Notes: generated by a model not told the origin, from the letters alone. A DNA stretch of 60,233 nucleotides from a virus (IMGVR_UViG_3300009428_000008:1-60233); one strand, 5' to 3'. Shown: positions 46,995-57,114, numbered from the stretch's first letter. Translations and numbers: made by a program.

Positions 46995-48565
46995 TGGCTG
47001 AAGATTTAAAAAAAATAATAAGACAAGAATATTTAAAATGTGCTAAAGATCCTGCACATTTTATGAAAAAATATTGTTTTATTCAACACCCACAGAGAGG
47101 TAGAATACAATTTAATCTTTACCCATTTCAAGAAAAAGCATTACATTTAGTTAGAGATAATCCTTATTCAATTATATTGAAATCTCGTCAGTTAGGTATA
47201 TCAACCTTATCTGCAGGTTACTCATTATGGTTAATGTTGTTTCATAAGGATAAAAACGTGTTATGTATCGCGACCAAACAGGAGACAGCACGTAACATGG
47301 TTACTAAGGTTAAATTCATGTATGACAACTTACCATCGTGGCTTTCAATACCAGCTCCTGAAAATAATAAATTATCACTTAGATTAAATAATGGATCTAT
47401 AATTAAAGCAACTTCAGCCTCTAGTGATGCTGGTAGATCAGAAGCAGTATCTTTACTATTAATTGATGAGGCAGCTTTTATTGATAATATTGGAGAAATA
47501 TGGGCATCAGCTCAACAAACCCTAGCTACAGGTGGTGGTGCTATTGTATTATCAACTCCTTACGGTACTGGTAATTGGTTCCATAAAACATGGGTTAATG
47601 CTGAATCAAATGACAATCAATTTTTACCAATTAAATTACCATGGTGGGTACATCCCGAGAGAAATCAAGAATGGAGAGATGCACAAGATGGTTTATTAGG
47701 TGATCCTAGACTAGCAGCACAGGAGTGTGATTGTGATTTTAGTACATCGGGTGATATTGTTTTTCATAGTGAATGGATTCAATTTCTAACAGAATCAACT
47801 ATTAAAGAACCAACAGAAAGAAGGGGTGTGGATCAAAATCTATGGATTTGGGAAGCAGCTGATTATTCTAGAGAATATATGGTAGTAGCAGATGTTGCTC
47901 GAGGTGATGGTAAAGATTTTTCGGCCTGCCATATTATGGATATTGCAACAAATACACAAGTAGCAGAATATAAAGGTCAAATGCCACCAAAAGAATTTGG
48001 TTTTTTCCTTACAGGATTAGCTACAGAATATAATAACGCAATGTTAGTAGTAGAAAATGCTAATATAGGATGGGCAACATTAGATGCAATTATTGAACGA
48101 GGGTATAGAAATTTATACCAATCTCCCAAGTCTGATGCTTTAACGGCCGAATCTTATTTAAGAGTATATGAAAGAAATAGCGAAATGGTTCCAGGATTTA
48201 CAATGTCAATGAGAACAAGACCTTTATGTATTAATAAATTTAGAGAATTTGTTGGCGATAATTCAGTAACTATTCGTTCAAAACGTTTGGTTGAAGAGAT
48301 GAAAGTGTTTATTTGGAAAAATGGAAGACCAGAAGCTCAAACAGGCTACAACGATGACTTGGTTATGTCATTTGGGATTGGTATGTTCCTACGAGACACC
48401 TCGATGAAATTTCAACAACAAAGTCTAGATATGACAAGAGCAACATTAGGAGCAGTAAAAGCAAATAAAGTATCATATAGTGGGGGCCATGCAGGTAATA
48501 CTGTTGATAACCCATATGAAATGAAAATCGGAGATCAGTCTCATAATTTAGATTGGTTACTATAA
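46994..48565 (+). CDS. gp17: terminase large subunit (T4 gp17-like)
   Basis: LYPFQ, KSRQLGIST, LLIDEAAF, LSTPYG, QECDC, ADVARG, VVENAN, DDLVM. Confidence 0.97.
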   Translation: MAEDLKKIIRQEYLKCAKDPAHFMKKYCFIQHPQRGRIQFNLYPFQEKALHLVRDNPYSIILKSRQLGISTLSAGYSLWLMLFHKDKNVLCIATKQETARNMVTKVKFMYDNLPSWLSIPAPENNKLSLRLNNGSIIKATSASSDAGRSEAVSLLLIDEAAFIDNIGEIWASAQQTLATGGGAIVLSTPYGTGNWFHKTWVNAESNDNQFLPIKLPWWVHPERNQEWRDAQDGLLGDPRLAAQECDCDFSTSGDIVFHSEWIQFLTESTIKEPTERRGVDQNLWIWEAADYSREYMVVADVARGDGKDFSACHIMDIATNTQVAEYKGQMPPKEFGFFLTGLATEYNNAMLVVENANIGWATLDAIIERGYRNLYQSPKSDALTAESYLRVYERNSEMVPGFTMSMRTRPLCINKFREFVGDNSVTIRSKRLVEEMKVFIWKNGRPEAQTGYNDDLVMSFGIGMFLRDTSMKFQQQSLDMTRATLGAVKANKVSYSGGHAGNTVDNPYEMKIGDQSHNLDWLL

Positions 48566-48574
48566 TATTTATAA
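48565..48574 (+). promoter_or_regulatory. putative late promoter ATATTTATAA
   Basis: Exact 10-mer before the portal ATG; overlaps a TATAAATA at 48570-48577. Confidence 0.65.
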
Positions 48575-48584
48575 ATAAAACAAA

Positions 48585-50492
48585 ATGGCAGATAAAGGTT
48601 TATTCCCAAGATTAAAAAGATTATTTTCTACAGACGTAATTATACGTAATGTAGGTGGTAATCAACTTAAGGTTTTTGATGTTAATAAAATCCAACAATC
48701 CGGAGAAATTGAAAGTAATTCTCTAGTTGATAGATTTAATAAAATTTACACAAATTCATCAACTTCACTATATGGTCAACAAGCTGGATTTAACTATCAG
48801 TATTTAAGACCTATGCTCTATTCAGAGTATGATGCTATGGATACAGATGCAATTATTGCTTCTGCTTTAGATATTATAGCTGATGAGTCTACTCTTAAAA
48901 GTGATATGGGTGAAGTATTATCTATCAAATCATCAGATGAAGATATTCAAAAAATTCTATATAATTTATTTTATGATGTTTTAAACATTGAATTTAATCT
49001 TTGGCCTTGGGTTAGAAATTTAGCTAAGTATGGTGATTTTTTCTTAAAGTTAGAAATTGCAGAGAAGTATGGTGTTTATAATGTTATACCTTATACAGCA
49101 TTTCATATTGAAAGATTAGAAGGAGAAATGGGTCACGGAAGTAAAGACAATCCATCAGAAATTAGATTCCGTTTTGATCCTGAAGGAATACAAGCATCAG
49201 ATACAGGATATTATAATGTACCTGGACAGACTCAAGATCGCCCAGGTTCAATTATATTTGATAATTATGAAATGGCTCATTTCCGTTTATTAACGGATAT
49301 GAATTTCTTACCTTATGGTAGATCATATATTGAACCAGCTCGTAAATTATTTAAGCAATATGTTTTAATGGAGGATGCTATGTTAATTCATAGAATTGTT
49401 CGTGCTCCTGAAAAACGTATCTTCTACATGAATGTAGGTTCTATACCTCCAAATGAAGTAGATGCATTTATGGAAAAAACATTAAGTAAACTTAAGCGTA
49501 CACCTCATGTTGATGAAAAAACAGGTGAGTATAACTTAAGATATAACATGCAAAATCTACTTGAAGATTACTACATACCAGTAAGAGGTAATGATGCAAG
49601 TACTAAAATTGAAAGTGCAAACGGTTTACAGTGGGATGGTATTGCTGATGTTGAGTATTTAAGAGATAAATTATTTGCTGCACTTAAAGTACCTAAAGCC
49701 TTCATGGGTTATGATGAGAACACAGATGGTAAAGCTACTTTAGCAGCCCAAGATATTAGATTTGCACGTACTATTGAACGTATTCAAAGAATTGTAGTTT
49801 CAGAGTTATACAAAATTGCATTAGTTCATTTATATACCCAAGGTTATAGAGATGAACAATTAGCAAATTTTGAATTATCATTAACAACACCTTCAATAAT
49901 ATATGATCAAGAAAGAGTAGCATTAATGAAGGAAAAAATGGATTTAGCATCTCAAATGACTGAAACCAATTTATTCCCATCAGACTTTATATATGATCAT
50001 TTATTCCATTTAAGTGAAGACCAATATGATGACTTTAGAGATTTAATTAGAGAAGATGCTAAACGTAAATTTAGAATTGATCAAATTGTAGCAGAAGGCA
50101 ACGATCCAGTAGAAACTGGTCAATCATATGGTACCCCTCATGATTTAGCTTCACTATATGGTAAAGGAAGAATGTATTCAAATCCAGGAGATGTACCTAA
50201 ACCCGATAAGTATGCCGCAGATGATAAAAATACAAAGGGTAGACCTAAAGAAAAAGCATCTAAAAGAAATACTCAAGATGATAATTTTGGTAAAGATAGA
50301 TTAGGAGCTAAAGGTATGAAGAAAGATTATAATGATACTAACAAAAGTCCTCTAGCATTAGAGAATAATTCACAGTATTTAAAACATCAATCTATGTTAG
50401 ATAATATCCCAACAAATGGAAAAAAATTAGTATTTGAACAGAAAGACGCAGAAGGCTCGCTTCTTGACGAATCAAATATTAAGGAACAATAA
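48585..50492 (+). CDS. gp20: portal protein (T4 gp20-like)
   Basis: LMEDAMLIHRIVRAPEKRIFY, EDYYIPVRG, LFAALKVP, DIRFARTIERIQ. Confidence 0.96.
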   Translation: MADKGLFPRLKRLFSTDVIIRNVGGNQLKVFDVNKIQQSGEIESNSLVDRFNKIYTNSSTSLYGQQAGFNYQYLRPMLYSEYDAMDTDAIIASALDIIADESTLKSDMGEVLSIKSSDEDIQKILYNLFYDVLNIEFNLWPWVRNLAKYGDFFLKLEIAEKYGVYNVIPYTAFHIERLEGEMGHGSKDNPSEIRFRFDPEGIQASDTGYYNVPGQTQDRPGSIIFDNYEMAHFRLLTDMNFLPYGRSYIEPARKLFKQYVLMEDAMLIHRIVRAPEKRIFYMNVGSIPPNEVDAFMEKTLSKLKRTPHVDEKTGEYNLRYNMQNLLEDYYIPVRGNDASTKIESANGLQWDGIADVEYLRDKLFAALKVPKAFMGYDENTDGKATLAAQDIRFARTIERIQRIVVSELYKIALVHLYTQGYRDEQLANFELSLTTPSIIYDQERVALMKEKMDLASQMTETNLFPSDFIYDHLFHLSEDQYDDFRDLIREDAKRKFRIDQIVAEGNDPVETGQSYGTPHDLASLYGKGRMYSNPGDVPKPDKYAADDKNTKGRPKEKASKRNTQDDNFGKDRLGAKGMKKDYNDTNKSPLALENNSQYLKHQSMLDNIPTNGKKLVFEQKDAEGSLLDESNIKEQ

Positions 50493-50499
50493 TTTTAGT

Positions 50500-50509
50500 A
50501 TATTTATAA
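50500..50509 (+). promoter_or_regulatory. putative late promoter ATATTTATAA
   Basis: Exact 10-mer before ATG 50524. Confidence 0.6.
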
Positions 50510-50523
50510 ATAAATAAGTATTG

Positions 50524-51381
50524 ATGTATATAAAACATTCGAAGTTTAGGAACACAGGGATTTTATTTGAAGTAATAGTAAGAAAAATTACTTCAGAAAC
50601 CCTGTCAGGAAAAGATTCACCAGCTATAGAAATATTAAAATCTTATTTTGTTAATACAGAATTAGGAAAAGAATATAAATTGTATGAAACTATATTCAAA
50701 TCTAAAAACTCAGATTATTTTAGAGCAAGTACAACCTTAGATACAATATTAGAATCATCTAAAAAATTAAATAGATCATCTATTAGAAAAGAAAAATATA
50801 ACTTAATTAAAGCTTTAAAAGAACACTATGATGTAGAAGGTTTATTTAAAACTAAACTTCATGATTATAAAGCACAAGCTTCTTTATATACTTTATTAGA
50901 GGTATACAATACCGATAAATTAATAAATCCTAATCAAATTATAGATAACAAGGTAACCTTATTAGAATATTTAACTTCAAATGAGGTAGCTAGTGATAAG
51001 GTTAAAGAAGATGTAATTTCAGAATTTAAATCTCAAGATAAAGATATTCGTACACTAACATATTATGTGTTATTAGAAAAATTTAATGATAAGTATTCTA
51101 CATTAAATGAAAGACAGAAGAATATACTTAAAGAATTTATTGAATCTGTAGATAATACACCTTCACTTAAAGAATTTTATAATAAAGAAGTTACTTTTAT
51201 TACTGAAACAATTCAAAAAGAAATAATTAAAACTAAAAGTGAAGTTATTAAAATTAAATTAACAGAAGTTTCTTCTTTAATTAAAGAATTAGATAAAAGA
51301 ACTACTATTAAAAGTGATCATTTAGTTGATTTATTACAATACCATTCATTAATTGAAGAATTAACAAAATCAAATGGGTAA
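50524..51381 (+). CDS. helical head-module protein (possible prohead core component)
   Basis: IKHSKFRNTGILFE; located between portal and protease. Confidence 0.65.
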   Translation: MYIKHSKFRNTGILFEVIVRKITSETLSGKDSPAIEILKSYFVNTELGKEYKLYETIFKSKNSDYFRASTTLDTILESSKKLNRSSIRKEKYNLIKALKEHYDVEGLFKTKLHDYKAQASLYTLLEVYNTDKLINPNQIIDNKVTLLEYLTSNEVASDKVKEDVISEFKSQDKDIRTLTYYVLLEKFNDKYSTLNERQKNILKEFIESVDNTPSLKEFYNKEVTFITETIQKEIIKTKSEVIKIKLTEVSSLIKELDKRTTIKSDHLVDLLQYHSLIEELTKSNG

Positions 51382-52255
51382 TATAATAGATAAAATATAC
51401 GAACGTATAACAGAAGCTAAAAAGGATGTAACACCAGAATTAAAATCCTGGATTTCTGATAGATATGGTCCTTGGAATGATAAAGACTTTATTTCTGATG
51501 ATGGTGATACTTATTTTAAATATGAAAAAACTTCTGAAGGTGGGGGGGATTCACATACTATAATCAAATTACCATCTTTTACAGAATTAGTAAAACAACT
51601 TAAAGCAACTAAAGATGCAGCTAATAATTTAGTTAGAGGTGAATCTGTAAGAGATGATGAGGTGTTAAGAAGTATAGCAGATGAATTAAGGTTAGAATTT
51701 AATAAGTTTAGAACTCATTTAAGAAAAGAATACCCAGCATTTTATTCTCAATTAAAAGGACAACTTACAGAAGAAGAAGTTGAAGAAATTTCATCATCTG
51801 GTGGTGCTGGTAGTTATTTAACACCATACGCTTTTAGACTATCAGGATCTAAACCAAATGATAAAGCTTATACTGAATTAGGGTACAAACCTGTTAAAGA
51901 AGATATAGGTGCTACATTAGGTCCAGGTCCTAAAGCAAGTGATAATGGTGTCAGAGATAATTCATATGTAAAAGATTATGGATATAAATTAGTACCCTCA
52001 AAAATTAAAGGATCTGGATTAGAAGTTAAACAATTATTTGAGGATTCAAATGTTGATGATTTTCAAAAAGAAAGAATAGCATCCTTTGATTTAATTGAAC
52101 AGGAAATGAATGATATTTATAAGATATTGAGCAACGCTAAAAACGAAACAGCTGATTATTATAGTGAAAACCCAGCATCATATTCTGTGGTTAAACCTAC
52201 TGATCTAGTTCTAGACTATATAAAAGATATAAAAGACTTACTAAAAGGAAATTAA
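51374..52255 (+). CDS. mosaic hypothetical head protein
   Basis: ITEA, LTEEEVEE, VKED, LFED junctions; GAGSYLTPYAF motif. Confidence 0.65.
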   Translation: MGNIIDKIYERITEAKKDVTPELKSWISDRYGPWNDKDFISDDGDTYFKYEKTSEGGGDSHTIIKLPSFTELVKQLKATKDAANNLVRGESVRDDEVLRSIADELRLEFNKFRTHLRKEYPAFYSQLKGQLTEEEVEEISSSGGAGSYLTPYAFRLSGSKPNDKAYTELGYKPVKEDIGATLGPGPKASDNGVRDNSYVKDYGYKLVPSKIKGSGLEVKQLFEDSNVDDFQKERIASFDLIEQEMNDIYKILSNAKNETADYYSENPASYSVVKPTDLVLDYIKDIKDLLKGN

Positions 52256-53479
52256 ATGAAAACATTACAAGAACAATATAACCAAATTAAAAAAGGAAAA
52301 GGTAGTAAAGAAATTTTCCTTAAAGAAGTTAAATTAAAATATCCAAATTTAATTCGTAACTCTGCTAAATTTGAAGAAGCAAAATCAACCTTAATAGGGC
52401 GAAGCATCATATCCGAAGGATTATATGTTGCTAATGCTTCAAAGGAAAATCCAGATTGGTTTAAACTATTCGATGAGAATATGAACCTTATTTCTGAAGA
52501 AGCAGCAAAGGCACTTGAGAAAAAAACAACTAAAGAAGTAACAAACCTACAAGCTCCAGATACTGGGTATGATTATAAAGATGATAAAAATATCAACAAT
52601 GTATCAGGTGAGCAATTTCGTCAAGGATACTTTACAGAACTTACAGATGTAACTAATGCCGATAAAACTAAACAACAATTAATTGATTTAGTTATTAATA
52701 ATATGTCTAAAAACCCACAATATTATACTGAGGAAGCTCAATTTGGTATTAAAGGAATTGGATATACTGAAGATGCCCCAGCGTTAGGTGCTGGTACCGA
52801 AATTAAATATAAAGATGGTTCGGGGTATGGTACTGAAACAAAGAAAAAAATTAAAAAGAAAGATTCATCAGCTTATGCTGACAAAATGTCAGCCAAGGTA
52901 TTCTCAACAGGATACACTGATTTAGCACCAAAACAACCTTTAGAAGAAAACAAAATGATATCATTAATAGATTTAATGGAACAACTTCCATTAGGAGAAA
53001 AACCATCTCCAAAACGTAAAAAAGCAACAGTTAAAAAAGAAACAACAGATTCAAAATTAGCTGAAATTGAAAAAAATGGAAGAATAGCTACATTAGAATT
53101 ACAAATTGAAGCTATAGAAGAAATTATTTCTAGTAAAAATGAAAGAATTTCAATGGTTACTGAGGATGATAGTTTATCAGAATTAGTAGATGCAAAGAAA
53201 ATGAAATTAATGCAACGTGAAGTTAAGGATTTAGAACGAAGAAAAGTGAAATTGGAAAAGTTATACGAGAAAATGTGTGGTAGTGCTTATAAAAAAGTCG
53301 TTAATGAGTTGGATGCCGAAGCTTGGAAAAAACAAAATGGTCAAGATGCTGATTGGAGTCCAAAAATGGAAGAAGGTAGTAATGATAATTCAAATTTAAA
53401 TTCTAACGATAATAGTAACGATAATAGTAACGATAATCCTGAGTCATATTCAGGTCAAACTAAGTTCAGATCTAAATAA
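52256..53479 (+). CDS. mosaic hypothetical head protein with coiled coil
   Basis: ISEG, ISEE, LEEN, VNEL junctions; SNDN repeat near the C-terminus. Confidence 0.65.
   Translation: MKTLQEQYNQIKKGKGSKEIFLKEVKLKYPNLIRNSAKFEEAKSTLIGRSIISEGLYVANASKENPDWFKLFDENMNLISEEAAKALEKKTTKEVTNLQAPDTGYDYKDDKNINNVSGEQFRQGYFTELTDVTNADKTKQQLIDLVINNMSKNPQYYTEEAQFGIKGIGYTEDAPALGAGTEIKYKDGSGYGTETKKKIKKKDSSAYADKMSAKVFSTGYTDLAPKQPLEENKMISLIDLMEQLPLGEKPSPKRKKATVKKETTDSKLAEIEKNGRIATLELQIEAIEEIISSKNERISMVTEDDSLSELVDAKKMKLMQREVKDLERRKVKLEKLYEKMCGSAYKKVVNELDAEAWKKQNGQDADWSPKMEEGSNDNSNLNSNDNSNDNSNDNPESYSGQTKFRSK
53405..53437 (+). repeat. 12-bp tandem repeat AACGATAATAGT (about 2.75 copies)
   Basis: Encodes NDNS repeats. 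Confidence 0.8.
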
Positions 53480-53487
53480 AATTTACC

Positions 53488-54090
53488 ATGAGCCAAATTT
53501 TAGTAGAAACTCATATTTTCAAACCTGTTAGATCAAAGCTAGATGAAAATAAATCCAACAGAGGTCTTCCTCTAGTTGAAGGTATTTTAGCAACGGCTGA
53601 AATCAAGAACGGAAATGGTAGATACTATTCAAGAGAATTATGGGAAAGAGAAATAGCAAAATATCTTCCACTAGTTAAAGAGCATAGAGCTATGGGAGAA
53701 TTAGATCACCCCGAATCATCAGTAATCAATCTAAAAAACGTATCACATAATATTGCTGATATGTGGTGGGATGGAGATAATGTAATGGGAAAAATAGAAA
53801 TACTACCTACCCCAAACGGAAATATACTTAAATCGTTAGTTGAAAGCGGTATTACTGTTGGTGTGTCATCTCGAGGGATGGGTTCACTTAAAGATGTAGG
53901 TGGGTTAATGGAAGTACAAGATGATTTTGAATTGCTATGTTGGGATTTTGTTTCAACACCTTCTAATCCAGATTCATTTATGAATTTAGTAAGAGAAAGC
54001 AAGGAATTCAAATCTCAAGATCAATACCAAAAAGTAAATACAATATTAGGTGAAATATTATGTTCACATGGAGCATGCCCTATTATATAA
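53488..54090 (+). CDS. gp21: prohead protease (T4 gp21-like)
   Basis: NGNGRYY, AMGELDHP, VSH, GVSSRGMGS, DFVSTPS. Confidence 0.96.
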   Translation: MSQILVETHIFKPVRSKLDENKSNRGLPLVEGILATAEIKNGNGRYYSRELWEREIAKYLPLVKEHRAMGELDHPESSVINLKNVSHNIADMWWDGDNVMGKIEILPTPNGNILKSLVESGITVGVSSRGMGSLKDVGGLMEVQDDFELLCWDFVSTPSNPDSFMNLVRESKEFKSQDQYQKVNTILGEILCSHGACPII

Positions 54091-54110
54091 AATAACAACC
54101 CCTGATTCCA

Positions 54111-54152
54111 GAAGAGGCGTTATCATTAATATGGTGCGCCTTTTCGCTTTTT
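54111..54152 (+). terminator. probable intrinsic terminator after gp21
   Basis: GAAGAGGCG...CGCCTTTTC hairpin followed by a T-rich tract. Confidence 0.55.
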
Positions 54153-54164
54153 ATATCTCCCCAT

Positions 54165-54174
54165 ATACGTATAA
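54165..54174 (+). promoter_or_regulatory. late promoter variant ATACGTATAA for scaffold-MCP
   Basis: 8/10 match to ATATTTATAA, just after the terminator. Confidence 0.5.
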
Positions 54175-54275
54175 TGGTAATATGTCATTTCTTATATGAC
54201 ATCAATATTTATTATTAAATAACCCCCTATTACGTTTCTTAATAAGCGTAGTTTCCCAACAAAAAATTTAGGAAA

Positions 54276-55337
54276 ATGAACAGAAACTTTTTAAAAGAAG
54301 CAATCGCTGATGCTAAAGCAGTCAAAGAATCTGCAATAGCAAATGCTAAAGTTGCTCTCGAAGAAGCATTCACACCTCAAGTTCAAGCCATGTTCGCCCA
54401 AAAGGTAAATGAAATGGACATTGAAGAAGAGGAAGAAAGCAACGACGAAGTAACAGAAGCGAAAGCTAAAAAAGAGTACAAAGACGACGATCGTAAAGAC
54501 GGTGGTGAAAGTAAAGAAACTAAACGTACAGAAAAAATGAAGTACGGAAAAGACTTAGCTGAATCCGAAGTAGACGAAGATCTAGACTTGGACGAAATTT
54601 TAGCAGAATTAGAAAAAGATGATACCTCATCTAAAAATCTTAAAGAAGCAGAATCTGATGAAGATGCTGAAGAAGAAGGATATGAAGATGGTATGGAAGA
54701 TGAAAAAGAAGACATGGACGACGAGGAAGATATCGATCTCGAAGATATGTCAGAAGATGATCTTAAATCATTTATCGAAGACGTAATTGAAGACATGGTT
54801 ACAGCTGGTGAATTAGAAGCAGGTGAAGAATTTGAAGTTGAAGGTGAAGAACCTGAAGATGAAGAAATCGACATCGATGTTGAAGATGAAGTAGAAGTAA
54901 CAATGGATGAAAATGAACGTACAGATACAGAAGAAGAAGGATATTTAGATGGTGAAAAAGATGCAAGGGAAGATTTAGAAGAAGCAATGAAAACAGTTGC
55001 AGTTTTAAAATTAGAACTTAATGAAATCAACCTTTTAAACGCTAAACTTCTCTACACGAACAAAGTGTTTCGTGGTAAAAACTTAACTGAAGCACAAAAG
55101 GTTAAAGTATTAGGAGCTTTTGATAAAGCTGAAACGGTTAAAGAAGCAAAACTTGTATTTGAAACTATCAACGGTAGTATTAAATCTAAATCTACTAAAT
55201 CTATAAGTGAAAACTTTAAGTCAAAAGGTAGTGCTTCAAACTTAACTTCAACTCCAAAAGTAAGTAAGAAAAAACCAATTGTTGAATCAAATGAGATGGT
55301 ACTACGATTCAAAAAGTTAGCTGGTATTATCAGTTAA
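54276..55337 (+). CDS. prohead scaffold/core protein (gp22-like role)
   Basis: Extremely acidic, located between protease and MCP; EAIADAKAVKE.AIANAK, LNEINLLNAKLLY. Confidence 0.8.
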   Translation: MNRNFLKEAIADAKAVKESAIANAKVALEEAFTPQVQAMFAQKVNEMDIEEEEESNDEVTEAKAKKEYKDDDRKDGGESKETKRTEKMKYGKDLAESEVDEDLDLDEILAELEKDDTSSKNLKEAESDEDAEEEGYEDGMEDEKEDMDDEEDIDLEDMSEDDLKSFIEDVIEDMVTAGELEAGEEFEVEGEEPEDEEIDIDVEDEVEVTMDENERTDTEEEGYLDGEKDAREDLEEAMKTVAVLKLELNEINLLNAKLLYTNKVFRGKNLTEAQKVKVLGAFDKAETVKEAKLVFETINGSIKSKSTKSISENFKSKGSASNLTSTPKVSKKKPIVESNEMVLRFKKLAGIIS

Positions 55338-55378
55338 TAGGTAAAAATTTAAAAATAATTAAAAACACAAATTAAAAA

Positions 55379-57022
55379 ATGAGTCAATTAAACTCCCTTT
55401 TAGAAAGTGCTAATCCTTACAAGTCATTACAAAGTGATGCTGCAAGATTAGCCAACAAATGGAACAAGACTGGATTATTAGAAGGTGCCGGAAACGAAAC
55501 TGAGAAAAATAATATGTCTATGATCCTAGAAAACCAAGCTAAGCAATTAGTTATGGAAGAATCAAACACTGGTGGTGGTGCAAATGCTGGTACATTTACA
55601 CCTGGAACAGGTGCACAGTGGGCTGGTGTAGCTTTACCTTTAGTAAGAAAAGTATTTGGTCAAATTGCAGCGAAAGAATTCGTTTCAGTTCAACCAATGA
55701 ATCTTCCTTCTGGTTTAGTATTTTATCTAGATTTCCAATACGGAACTACAAAATCTCCATTTACAGCAACTGAGTCACTTTATGGTGATACTGATGGTAA
55801 TCTTCCATTCGGTAACGGCGCAACAGGTGGATTATATGGTGCTGGTAGATTTGGATATTCAATCAACAATACTCAATCTGCTGCTTATACTCCGGTATCA
55901 GCTTCTGTAGATTGGTACTCAGAATTAAATGCTGATTCTTCAGTTTCTGCATCTGCAGCAGCCGGAGACATTGTAAAATTAGTTGTCCCAGTTGCATCAT
56001 TTCCTAATTTTGATACAAGAGCAGTAAGAGCTTTTTATCCATCAGGATCTTTAACTGAAATACCATTAAATAATACATTTTATCCTCAATTTACTAAACT
56101 AAGTGCTGATGGTACAGACATCAACTTCTACATAGAAAATGGTATAGATGGTTCGGCAGCAGCTGCTGCAATTAAATTTGAGTATTTACTTCAAACAAAT
56201 GACGCCGAAAGAGGTGATTTTGAAGATAGAAATCCTAATTTAAATGCTGATAACTCTCCAGCAATTACAATTCCAGAAATCAATATTCAAATGCAGTCAG
56301 AAGCAATTGTTGCTAAGACTCGTAAATTGAAAGCTGTTTGGACGCCAGAATTTGCACAAGATTTAAATGCTTACCATTCACTAGATGCTGAAGCTGAATT
56401 AACTTCAATTATGAGTGAGTACATCTCGTTAGAGATTGACTTAGAAATTCTTGATATGTTGATCGAATCTGCTTCTGCAGGTACTGAATACTGGTCAGCA
56501 CAAAATAATTTAGCATTAGCTTCAACAGGTATTGTAAATAGTGATTTAGGTTTCTATAACTCACAAGGACAATGGTTCCAAACATTAGGAACTAAAATCC
56601 AGAAGTTAAGTAACATTATTCACCAGAAAACACTTAGAGGTGGTGCAAATTTCTTAGTATGTTCTCCAACAGTAGCTACAATTTTGGAATCAATTCCAGG
56701 ATTTGCTAGTACTTCTGATGGTGATGCAGCTAAAATGAGCTACGCTTTTGGTGTACAAAAAGCAGGTACTATCAATTCAAGATATACTGTTTATAAGAAT
56801 CCATACATGACTGAAAATACCATTTTAATGGGCTTTAGAGGTGGACAATTCTTAGAAGCAGGTGCTGTATTTGCTCCATATATTCCGCTAATTATGACTC
56901 CATTAGTATACGATCCAGAAACTTTCACTCCAAGAAAAGGTTTACTTACTCGTTATGCTAAGAAAGTAGTAAGACCAGAATTTTATGGTAAGATCTTCGT
57001 TGAAGGTTTGAATACTCTATAA
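55379..57022 (+). CDS. gp23: major capsid protein (T4 gp23-like)
   Basis: LPLVRKVF, VSVQPMNLPSGLVF, KTRKLKAVWTPEFAQDLNAYH, FAPYIPL, TRYAK. Confidence 0.97.
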   Translation: MSQLNSLLESANPYKSLQSDAARLANKWNKTGLLEGAGNETEKNNMSMILENQAKQLVMEESNTGGGANAGTFTPGTGAQWAGVALPLVRKVFGQIAAKEFVSVQPMNLPSGLVFYLDFQYGTTKSPFTATESLYGDTDGNLPFGNGATGGLYGAGRFGYSINNTQSAAYTPVSASVDWYSELNADSSVSASAAAGDIVKLVVPVASFPNFDTRAVRAFYPSGSLTEIPLNNTFYPQFTKLSADGTDINFYIENGIDGSAAAAAIKFEYLLQTNDAERGDFEDRNPNLNADNSPAITIPEINIQMQSEAIVAKTRKLKAVWTPEFAQDLNAYHSLDAEAELTSIMSEYISLEIDLEILDMLIESASAGTEYWSAQNNLALASTGIVNSDLGFYNSQGQWFQTLGTKIQKLSNIIHQKTLRGGANFLVCSPTVATILESIPGFASTSDGDAAKMSYAFGVQKAGTINSRYTVYKNPYMTENTILMGFRGGQFLEAGAVFAPYIPLIMTPLVYDPETFTPRKGLLTRYAKKVVRPEFYGKIFVEGLNTL

Positions 57023-57046
57023 TCTAAGATTATATAAATAATAAGG

Positions 57047-57075
57047 AAGCCCCGCATTAGCGGGGCTTTTTTTTT
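57047..57075 (+). terminator. Rho-independent terminator after MCP
   Basis: AAGCCCCGC-ATTA-GCGGGGCTT followed by a poly-T tract. Confidence 0.92.
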
Positions 57076-57080
57076 CCTAC

Positions 57081-57114
57081 TTGGTTACCCAATAAATAGT
57101 TAGTATATTTATAA
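57081..57114 (+). promoter_or_regulatory. fused early+late promoter
   Basis: TTGG(57081)-N17-AGTATATT overlapping ATATTTATAA(57105). Confidence 0.65.

Noticed and set aside
54383-55030. 215-aa Ser-rich minus-strand ORF
   Set aside because: Shadow of the GAA/GAT-rich scaffold gene; low complexity, with no promoter or start context
46994-57022. Introns or inteins in terminase, portal or MCP
   Set aside because: The ORFs are continuous and of normal length, with no intein or homing-endonuclease motifs seen
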